Source of the DNA: Kiritimatiellia bacterium
GTDB lineage: Bacteria > Verrucomicrobiota > Kiritimatiellia > B70-G9
NCBI GenBank assembly: GCA_012961745.1
Contig: DTYT01000041.1
Location: 1-33,372 of the forward strand
Length of the DNA stretch: 33,372 bases
Direction of reading: 5' to 3'
This document shows positions 8,779-15,923 of this stretch, piece by piece; positions within the stretch are counted from its first letter, which is position 1, and each line of letters begins with the position of its first letter. A program made the translations under genes and the position numbers. The notes below the pieces were generated by a model. The model made no database searches and was not told where the DNA came from. It saw only the letters and a program-made list of their open reading frames with translations.

Positions 8779-9939
8779 CTATTCGTTTTCTTCAGCAGGG
8801 GACACCGCTGGAAATATGAGACGGACCCGGGTGCCCTGATTGGGCCGACTTTCTACTTCAATGCGGCCGGAATGCTGCTCCACAATTTTCCTGGCGATAG
8901 CCATACCCAGTCCCATCCCGCCTCCTGCAGCCCGCGTGGTGAAATACGGCTCGAAGAGCCGCTGCATCACTTCGGCTGGCATGCCCGGGCCAGTGTCCTC
9001 CACGCATATCTCCACTTCACCATCCACTTTCCTCGTCATTACCCTTACTTCACCCGCCGTGGTGGAAGCCGCCTGGATGGCATTGGTGACTACATTGTGG
9101 ATCGCCCGCAGAAGCTGGCCGCGATCCCCGATGATATGCGGTACGCTTTCCCCGGTCTCGAACACCGGGTGGGGTGGAGAGCCCGCCTGCACGAAATTTA
9201 CGGCCACCCGAACGTCTTCGAGCAACTGCGCCGGATGGATTTTCTCCCGGCGCCTGCCGAGCTCGCCTTCCCGCCACATTGCAGCTAGATCCCGGCAGCG
9301 CCGTACGTTGTTCTCAATGATCTGTAGGTAGCGCAAGGCTTCCTCCCAATCCCCGTGCTCATTCTGCGACTTCTTCTCCAGTTCATCGGCAAGCATCTCC
9401 GTGTACCCGATAATGGTAGTAAGAGGGTTCCTCAGGTCGTGCAGTAACTCTGCTGATGCCTCTCCCAGCCGTGCCAGTTTTTCCAGGCGCGCCTTCTCCT
9501 CCACGGTGCGCCGGTTCAGCTCCCGCAGCTCCGCGATCAGCCGCAGCTTCTGCCGCTCGCGGCGCGTCCGTTCCACGTTTCGACGTACGACCCGCACCAT
9601 CTCGTGGGTATCAAAGGGCTTCGTTATATAGTCGGTGGCACCCAAGCGCAGGGCCTGCTGCGCGGTTTCCAAGGTGCCGTATCCGGTCAACACGATAACC
9701 GAAATCCGCCGGTCGATTTCACGTATTCTAGCCAGCCCCTCTATACCGTTCGTCCCCGGCATCCGGATGTCGATCACCACGGCATCGGCACCCAGATCCT
9801 GCAGCAGGCGGGCACCTTCATCCACGTTTGACGCAAGCAGTACATTGAATTGCTCCTTGAGAATGATCCTCAGGCTCTGGCGGGGTCCTTCTTCATCGTC
9901 GATCACCAACACTCGAGGTCGGTCAATGGTGGCCATCAT
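8779..9939 (-). CDS. Hybrid two-component protein: N-terminal receiver (REC), coiled-coil linker, HisKA and HATPase_c
   Basis: REC: RVLVIDDEEGPRQSL...DAVVIDIRMPGTNGIEGL...VIVLTGYG...DYITKPFD. H-box ELLHDLRNPLTTIIGYTEML. N/G boxes IHNVVTNAIQA and VEDTGPGMP...GGGMGLGMAIARKIVEQHSG. ATGATG at 9939/9936 is preceded by AAGGGAGGATA (strong SD). The longer ORF-track start at 10176 adds a Cys/His-rich leader and is not supported. Confidence 0.85.
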   Translation of the reverse strand: MMATIDRPRVLVIDDEEGPRQSLRIILKEQFNVLLASNVDEGARLLQDLGADAVVIDIRMPGTNGIEGLARIREIDRRISVIVLTGYGTLETAQQALRLGATDYITKPFDTHEMVRVVRRNVERTRRERQKLRLIAELRELNRRTVEEKARLEKLARLGEASAELLHDLRNPLTTIIGYTEMLADELEKKSQNEHGDWEEALRYLQIIENNVRRCRDLAAMWREGELGRRREKIHPAQLLEDVRVAVNFVQAGSPPHPVFETGESVPHIIGDRGQLLRAIHNVVTNAIQAASTTAGEVRVMTRKVDGEVEICVEDTGPGMPAEVMQRLFEPYFTTRAAGGGMGLGMAIARKIVEQHSGRIEVESRPNQGTRVRLIFPAVSPAEENE

Positions 9940-9984
9940 TATCCTCCCTTTCCGTGCCATCACGATGGATTGCCTACCGCTTGT

Positions 9985-10007
9985 CTGCGGGCACATTTCT
10001 CCCGCAG
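9985..10007. repeat. Perfect 7-bp inverted repeat CTGCGGG-N9-CCCGCAG in the divergent intergenic region
   Basis: Read directly: ctgcggg (9985-9991), cacatttct, cccgcag (10001-10007). It lies about 46 nt upstream of the REC-kinase start and about 90 nt upstream of the putative -35 for the KAS-like operon. Its function (operator or leader hairpin) is unknown, and it could occur by chance. Confidence 0.4.
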
Positions 10008-10094
10008 TGTGCGCGCAGCGGTGAGCACAAGCGATGCCAATACGAAATTGTCCAGATATGGGGGGGGAATTTGGAACTACCCCACATCTTGTGC

Positions 10095-10124
10095 TTGACG
10101 GTGTGCAAAAATGTAAACTATGAA
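10095..10124 (+). promoter_or_regulatory. Candidate sigma-70-type promoter for the KAS-like/kinase operon (TTGACG-N18-TATGAA)
   Basis: TTGACG at 10095-10100 and TATGAA at 10119-10124, within the only AT-richer stretch of this intergenic region. It sits about 37 nt upstream of the GTG at 10161. This is sequence pattern only, and the promoter consensus of the host is unknown. Confidence 0.35.
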
Positions 10125-10160
10125 CAAAAGCGTACAGGCAGGACGGGGAACCCCGGCACG

Positions 10161-11387
10161 GTGATAACACGCACACCAGTCATAACCGGCATTGGCGTAG
10201 CGGCGCCGAACGGGCTCGGACTGGACCGGTTCTGGAAAAATACACTTCAGCGGAAAAGTGGCGTGACTACCGTATCCCTCTTCGGCGCCGAGGGCCTGCC
10301 GTGTCGCATTGCGGGCGAAGTGTCCGAACTACGGGAAAATGACTGTACCCTACCACCGGGCCTGACACGCGCAACCCTCTTGGCCTTGCACGCTGCCCGA
10401 CTCGCCCTGACGGATGCCCGGCTGGTCCGCGAGCACGCCCCTGAAGATGAACCGGTACCGGTAATACTCGGTACAAGTACCGGCAGCCCGGAACCCCTCC
10501 CCAGGCAGTGGCCCTCCGATAAAGGTGCCGACGATGAATTTGTATACCAACCCGCTTGCACTTCACCGCAAGCCCAGGCCGTCTGGTCTATCCAGCGCCT
10601 CGGTGATCTCAATGGCCCCGTAGTCACCCTCTCAGGCGGCTGGACCGCGGGCCTTGAGGCTGTATCACTCGCTGCCGAATGGGTTCGGATGGGACGCTAC
10701 CGTATCGCGTTGGCGGGCGCCGTGGAAGCCCCACTGTCACGGCGCGTACTGGAGTCTTTCCTTGAATCCGGCGGGCTGGCCGCCCGCGCGGATCCCGAGG
10801 GGGTTCCCCGTCCCTTTGATCGTGACCGGGACGGCTGGGTTCTCTCGGAAGGTGCCGCGGTTGTCGTCGTGGAATCCGCGACATCTGCATGGGCGCGGGA
10901 AATGCAGCCTTATGCCTGTGTCGCCGGGTGTTATTCGTCTGGCGGTCGCAAGTATTCTGACATGGCCGAATCCCTCGCGCAGGCGATCCGAGGATGCCTT
11001 GCGGAGGCTTCCCTGCTGCCGGAACACATCCAGTACGTCTGCGCCAACGCCACTGGCGAGCGTACCACGGATGTGGCTGAAATCGCCGCTCTGAAACGGG
11101 CTTTCGGCAGGCACGCCTACCGATTGGCGATCAGCTCTATCAAGGGAGTCGTCGGTAATCCACTGGCCGCGGCCGGCCCTATGCAGGTCGCGGCGGCTGC
11201 CATGAGCATCCGTGAAAAACGTATTCCTCCTACTGCCAATCTGCGGGAGCCCGATCCCCAATGTGATCTGGACTGCGTGCGGGACCGGGCGCGACAGGTG
11301 GCGGTGCGCGCCGCGCTCGTCAATGCGCATGGCCGGGATGGAAACAGTCGCTGCATAGTCATGACCACCGCGGAGGGTACTGCATGA
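10161..11387 (+). CDS. Beta-ketoacyl-ACP synthase (FabF/FabB-fold) homologue lacking the Cys-His-His catalytic triad; predicted pseudoenzyme
   Basis: KAS blocks are retained: VITGIGVAAPNGLG, CRIAGEV, RPFDRDRDGWVLSEGAAVVVVES, SSIKGVVGNPLAAAG and IPPTANL.EPD..CDLD. The nucleophile position reads TLSGGWTAG (TGG at 10641-10643). The first His position reads CANATGE (AAC at 11046-11048). The second reads VGNPLAAAG (AAT at 11157-11159). The GTG at 10161 gives the usual short leader before VITG. The stop overlaps the next start (ATGA at 11384-11387). Confidence 0.8.
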   Translation: MITRTPVITGIGVAAPNGLGLDRFWKNTLQRKSGVTTVSLFGAEGLPCRIAGEVSELRENDCTLPPGLTRATLLALHAARLALTDARLVREHAPEDEPVPVILGTSTGSPEPLPRQWPSDKGADDEFVYQPACTSPQAQAVWSIQRLGDLNGPVVTLSGGWTAGLEAVSLAAEWVRMGRYRIALAGAVEAPLSRRVLESFLESGGLAARADPEGVPRPFDRDRDGWVLSEGAAVVVVESATSAWAREMQPYACVAGCYSSGGRKYSDMAESLAQAIRGCLAEASLLPEHIQYVCANATGERTTDVAEIAALKRAFGRHAYRLAISSIKGVVGNPLAAAGPMQVAAAAMSIREKRIPPTANLREPDPQCDLDCVRDRARQVAVRAALVNAHGRDGNSRCIVMTTAEGTA

Positions 11388-13888
11388 TCACGGCATGGCT
11401 GCTCTTCGGGATGGTTTTGGTCAATCTGACCGTAGCCTTGACAGTATACCTTACTAATCCCCGACGAGGCGCGAACCGTGCTTTTCTCATACTCGGCATG
11501 CATATGGGACTGTGGTCGGCATCCTCGCTGTTCTTGGTTTCGGCCAGCTCCCTCCGCGAAACTGAAATGTGGTTACGCACCTTCTTTGGCCTGGCGGCGT
11601 TCTTCCCGACATCCTTCACAATACTCTACCAGGCGGTCAAACTGGACGCCGACCGGCTGACCGAACCGGCAGTGCGCTCTCGGCTGCTTGCGTTTACCGG
11701 CGTAGTAGCCGCGGTGGCGGCATTTCATCCGGCATTTCTCAGTCTGCTGCATCCTCGGGAGGCCTCCGAGCTGCCTCCGGACGGTGTGCGATTCGGTCCC
11801 CTGTTCGTTTTCTACGGACTTTATCTCGTTCTGAGTGGAATAGTAGGAATCCTTTGCTTTCTCAGGGATAATCGCAGGACACAGGGAATCCGGCGTACCG
11901 AAATCCAGTACGTGGCTGCCGGATTCGCCTCCGCTTTCGCTATCGGTATCACTACCGTGATATTCATTCCCTATCTCTCCGGCCGTCCGCAGGGCGTCCT
12001 TTGGGGACCGGTGGTGGCCTCCGCGGCGTTGAGTCTGGTGGTGGCCTACGGCATAGCAACTACCAATATCATGGATGTATCCCAACTCATGCGGCGTATT
12101 TTTGGTTATGCACTGCTGCTGTTGTCCCTCTCCGGGTTGTACGCCCTGGTGCATCTGGTCGTCGCCCTCCTCCAGAGCAGAACCGGTTCCGATGCGCTCT
12201 GGCTGCCAGCCTTTGTGGCGGTGCTGGTTGTGGCGGCCTCGATGACTCCCGCCCAGGGCATTATGCGCCGACTCGCCCGCCGCCTTCTCATTTCTCCCCG
12301 GGAGGTCAATATTTCGCGGGCGATGGCGGCTGCGGGAGAAGTGATGTCTCCCGTCTCGACCGTGGACCGGCTGCTCTTGCGGTTCGCGAACGTAATCCAC
12401 GAGTATTTCGCCGCGTCGCACGTGGCGATCCTGATACGCAAAGGCAACGGCTTCGCGCAGGTCCAGCCTTCCCAACCCCGGGGTGGCCGCCCACTGCTGT
12501 ACCTGCCCGCGAGTGACCCGCTGATCCGGCACCTTCAGTCTTCGGGTTCCATTGTCAGCCGCCCTACCCTGCGACGACGCGGATCGGATGACCGCGCCGT
12601 ACTTCTGGCGAAACTGACCATGCTGAAAGCCGAACTCGCCGGGGGGATATCCGTGCGCGGCCGCCTGCAAGGCATCCTGCTGGTCGGTCCCCGTCCGGGT
12701 GGCGCAGTCTTCACCCGGCTGGAGCGGGTGGCCTTCCAACTTCTTCTGGGACAACTCGGGATCGCCCTGGAGAATGCGCTGTTGTATACCGAAGTACAGA
12801 ACAGCAAGATCTACAACGAAATCCTTCTCGAACATCTCCCTTCGGGAGTCATTGCGGCCGATAAGGCCGGCCGGATTACCGTTTGCAACCGGGAAGCGTG
12901 CCGGATCCTGAACGTGCAAAGGAACACTGTATTGGGACGAGCCCTGACTGCCATACCCCAGCCGTTGCACGCCCTGATGGACGATGTAATCCGAAGCGGC
13001 CGTGAGGTGCGGGACAAGGAAATTGTCCTCCCCGCAGGGGGAACCGAGACCCCGCTGCGCGTGGGTGGCGCGCGGGTTCACAATGACCGCGGCAGGCTCC
13101 TGGGAACCATCTTCACCCTCAGCGACCTGAGCCGGGTGAAGGAGCTGGAACAACAGGTACGCCGCTCCGACCGGCTGGCCAGTGTAGGAACGCTCTCTGC
13201 GGGGATGGCCCACGAAATCAAGAATCCCTTGGTGGCTATCAAGACCTTCGCACAACTGCTTCCGGAAAGATACAATGAACCCGACTTCCGGGAGACCTTC
13301 TCCCAGCTTCTACAAAAGGAAGTCGAACGCATCGACGACATTGTCACCCAGCTGCTGAACTTTGCACGCCCACGCAAGGTGGCTTCCGAACTTTGTCATC
13401 TCCATGAAGTCATCCGCCGGTCCCTGAAACTGATCCAGCAACAGGTGGAAAAACGCAACATCTCGCTGGAATGCCGTTTGGATGCCCCCCGTGATGCGAT
13501 CCGGGGAGACCATGCCCTGCTGGAACAGACGTTCCTCAATTTCTTCATTAACGCCATGGAAGCGATGAACCATAGGGGCAGCTTGAGCGTGACCAGCGAT
13601 CTCCTCGAAGACCCCGGGCACGACCACGACCCTTCCCATATTCGCGTGCGTGTACAAGACAGCGGACAGGGTATCGCACCGGAACATATCGAGCGGATCT
13701 TCGATCCTTTTTTCACCACCAAAGAAAACGGTACCGGGCTCGGTCTCTCTGTGGCTCATGAAATAATAGAGGAACACGGCGGGAGCGTGGAAGTAAGCAG
13801 CCGCCTCGGACAGGGAACCACTTTCACTCTGGTATTTCCCTTAGCTGAACAATGCATTGCTCCCGGACCCGACCAGGATGAATGCTGA
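11384..13888 (+). CDS. Membrane sensor histidine kinase: N-terminal multi-TM (HisKA_7TM-like) domain, GAF/PAS-like regions, HisKA and HATPase_c
   Basis: About 7 hydrophobic helices occupy the first 300 aa or so (NRAFLILGMHMGLWSASSLFL...). PAS-like segment LEHLPSGVIAADKAGRITVCNREACRILN. H-box GMAHEIKNPLVAIKTFAQLLPERYNEPDFRETF. N box FLNFFINAMEAM. G boxes VQDSGQGIAPEHIERIFDPFFTTKENGTGLGLSVAHEIIEEHGG. GGAGGG lies 7-12 nt upstream of the ATG. Confidence 0.88.
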   Translation: MITAWLLFGMVLVNLTVALTVYLTNPRRGANRAFLILGMHMGLWSASSLFLVSASSLRETEMWLRTFFGLAAFFPTSFTILYQAVKLDADRLTEPAVRSRLLAFTGVVAAVAAFHPAFLSLLHPREASELPPDGVRFGPLFVFYGLYLVLSGIVGILCFLRDNRRTQGIRRTEIQYVAAGFASAFAIGITTVIFIPYLSGRPQGVLWGPVVASAALSLVVAYGIATTNIMDVSQLMRRIFGYALLLLSLSGLYALVHLVVALLQSRTGSDALWLPAFVAVLVVAASMTPAQGIMRRLARRLLISPREVNISRAMAAAGEVMSPVSTVDRLLLRFANVIHEYFAASHVAILIRKGNGFAQVQPSQPRGGRPLLYLPASDPLIRHLQSSGSIVSRPTLRRRGSDDRAVLLAKLTMLKAELAGGISVRGRLQGILLVGPRPGGAVFTRLERVAFQLLLGQLGIALENALLYTEVQNSKIYNEILLEHLPSGVIAADKAGRITVCNREACRILNVQRNTVLGRALTAIPQPLHALMDDVIRSGREVRDKEIVLPAGGTETPLRVGGARVHNDRGRLLGTIFTLSDLSRVKELEQQVRRSDRLASVGTLSAGMAHEIKNPLVAIKTFAQLLPERYNEPDFRETFSQLLQKEVERIDDIVTQLLNFARPRKVASELCHLHEVIRRSLKLIQQQVEKRNISLECRLDAPRDAIRGDHALLEQTFLNFFINAMEAMNHRGSLSVTSDLLEDPGHDHDPSHIRVRVQDSGQGIAPEHIERIFDPFFTTKENGTGLGLSVAHEIIEEHGGSVEVSSRLGQGTTFTLVFPLAEQCIAPGPDQDEC

Positions 13889-15923
13889 GCCCACAACGTG
13901 TGTCATTTACAGCGCCGACCGATACTGGAGCCGGCGCCTGGCCGCAGAATTGGCTCTTCACGATGTGGATGTCACGATATCCTCTGACCGTCGCAGACTC
14001 TTAAGGAAAATTGATAGCGGCCACAGCAGCGCGGTGGTGGTGGATCTGCTTTCGCCCGGCTCGCTGCAATTGGTGCGCATGCTGTTGCAGCACCGACCGG
14101 GCCTGCCGGTCATCGCCTGCGGAAAGACCCGCACATCTCCCTTTATGGATGCACTCCACACCGGGATCTTTGCCGCGCTCGACCGCGGCGGACCGATTCA
14201 ATCCATCGCTTCGGTAGTCAGGTCGGCATTGATGTTCCGCCCTGAGACTTCTCCGGGAACGAAACCAACCTCGGAAGGCGAAAAGCAGCTCGACGACACC
14301 GCCGGGTCTCCGGCAACCATCCCCGCGCTGCTACCATCCCCCGGGCTCTTTCTGCATAACCCCACGCCCGAAGCGTTAACCGCTTATCTGGAGGCCTGGC
14401 TGCAGGCCCTATCCGCGCGATTCGGTGTGCTTCGCAGCAGCCTGTTCCTCAAAGACCCGGATACCGGCGAGTTCGCCGCGGCAATCACCATCAACTGCAC
14501 ACCCGAAATCAGGGAAACGAAGCTGCGGCCTGACGCGGGTCTGCCGACATACCTGGAAAAAGAGGCAACCACCCTGATCAGCGGCAGCGCACCGCGTCTC
14601 CTCGCCAGCCAGCTTGCCCGTATCGGCGCGGATCTTGTCGTGCCCCTGCTGGGGGATGATGGCCTGATCGGGTGGGCTGGCCTGTCCCGCCCCGCGGATG
14701 GTTCACACTGGGACGCCAACCGGCGCCGTGAGATAGCAGGCGAGTTCGTCCGCATGGCCGGCTTCCTCACACAAAGCCAGCAAGCGGCCGTCGCGGACTC
14801 GCTGGAACCGGCAATACAGGTGTTCGGGGAGGCTCTCGCCTGCGGGCTGGTAGCGGTGGACAGCAAAGCGCGCATCATTTTCATTAATCCAGTGGCGGCC
14901 CGCCTGCTGGACCTTCAGCCGGATATCGGCCCGGGAAGCGAGATCGAAGCCCTTGGCACCACGATGGCCGACATGGTCTACCGGGCGCTGGCAGGTGAGA
15001 GGGTCGAACGCAGGTTCAATGTCCCTGGCCGACCGCAGATTCTCATTCTGGCGCAGGTACTGCCGGTAGTGCGTTCGGGACGCCGTATGGCCGTTGCTGT
15101 ACTTCGCGAGATAATCCCCGAGGTGCCATCTGAAGAATCTCCCACGCCAGAGGGGGGCCCCAAGGAGGTTGTCGACGAAGACATCGTATGGGAGCAGGTG
15201 GCCGAAGGGCTCGCCCATCAGATCCGCAATCCGCTGGTGGCCATCAAGACTTTCGCCCAGCTCCTGCCGGAACGCTATCAGGACCCGGACTTCCGCACGG
15301 AGTTTGGCGTACTGGTCAACCGGGAAGTCGAACGGCTCAACGGCCTTCTCAACAGCATCGCCGCTCTGGGCCGCCCGCTGCAACCGAACCGGCGGCCGGT
15401 AGATATCCATATGCTGATAAAGCGCGGGCTGAACATGGCCCTGGTTCGCAACAAGCGGGCACCCCTCAAGAAAATCGAAGTCCACGTGCCGGATCATCTG
15501 CCGCGTATACCGGCGGACGAGGAAATGCTCACCGAGGCCTTCGTTCAACTGTTCACCAATGCTATCGAAGCCGCGACGCAGAGAAAGATGCCGCGCATAA
15601 GCGTCAGCGTGCAGGTGTGTGCCCCCCCGGACAGTGGATTGATTGGCATACAGATCGAAGACAACGGGCCCGGAATACCGGAAGACGTCCGCAAGTTTCT
15701 GTTCTCGCCGTTCTGTGGCACCAAGGCCCACGGGCTGGGATTCGGGCTGTGCATCGCCCGGCGTGCGATACGTGCCCACGGCGGCACTATAGAAATTGCC
15801 AGTTCCCGCGCCGGCACCCAGGTCTTCGTGAAACTTCCCTTTGGAGCCCAGAAGCCTGAAACACCCAGCACCCAGCGGAGGTCGCAACGAAATGAAGAAC
15901 AAGCACCTGCTGATCGTGGATGA
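13878..15923 (+). CDS. Cytoplasmic sensor histidine kinase: degenerate receiver-like N-terminus, GAF/PAS-like regions, HisKA and HATPase_c; paralogue of the preceding kinase
   Basis: No hydrophobic helices. The N-terminus has a REC-like layout (CVIYSAD...SSAVVVDLLSPGSLQLVRML...PVIACGKT...FAALDRG) with an incomplete acidic pocket and the conserved Lys position changed. H-box GLAHQIRNPLVAIKTFAQLLPERYQDPDFRTEF. N box FVQLFTNAIEA. G boxes IEDNGPGIP and GLGFGLCIARRAIRAHGG. The ATG at 13878 overlaps the upstream stop by 11 nt; the ORF-track start at 13857 is a TTG. Confidence 0.85.
   Translation: MNAEPTTCVIYSADRYWSRRLAAELALHDVDVTISSDRRRLLRKIDSGHSSAVVVDLLSPGSLQLVRMLLQHRPGLPVIACGKTRTSPFMDALHTGIFAALDRGGPIQSIASVVRSALMFRPETSPGTKPTSEGEKQLDDTAGSPATIPALLPSPGLFLHNPTPEALTAYLEAWLQALSARFGVLRSSLFLKDPDTGEFAAAITINCTPEIRETKLRPDAGLPTYLEKEATTLISGSAPRLLASQLARIGADLVVPLLGDDGLIGWAGLSRPADGSHWDANRRREIAGEFVRMAGFLTQSQQAAVADSLEPAIQVFGEALACGLVAVDSKARIIFINPVAARLLDLQPDIGPGSEIEALGTTMADMVYRALAGERVERRFNVPGRPQILILAQVLPVVRSGRRMAVAVLREIIPEVPSEESPTPEGGPKEVVDEDIVWEQVAEGLAHQIRNPLVAIKTFAQLLPERYQDPDFRTEFGVLVNREVERLNGLLNSIAALGRPLQPNRRPVDIHMLIKRGLNMALVRNKRAPLKKIEVHVPDHLPRIPADEEMLTEAFVQLFTNAIEAATQRKMPRISVSVQVCAPPDSGLIGIQIEDNGPGIPEDVRKFLFSPFCGTKAHGLGFGLCIARRAIRAHGGTIEIASSRAGTQVFVKLPFGAQKPETPSTQRRSQRNEEQAPADRG

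Noticed and set aside
9945-9959. TGGCAC on the minus strand just upstream of the REC-kinase start
   Set aside because: The would-be -12 element reads GGGA, which is actually the Shine-Dalgarno sequence. It lies only a few nt from the ATG, so it is not a promoter.
9954-10160. 69-codon N-terminal extension of the KAS-like ORF (GTG at 9954)
   Set aside because: It would overlap the divergent control region and add a Cys/His-rich leader unlike any KAS. The GTG at 10161 gives the normal short leader before the VITGIG block.
11573-13255. 560-aa ORF on the minus strand, opposite the 7TM kinase
   Set aside because: It is antisense to a gene with unambiguous kinase motifs. The translation is Arg/Gly/Pro/His-rich with no recognisable domain, which is a typical shadow ORF of GC-rich DNA.
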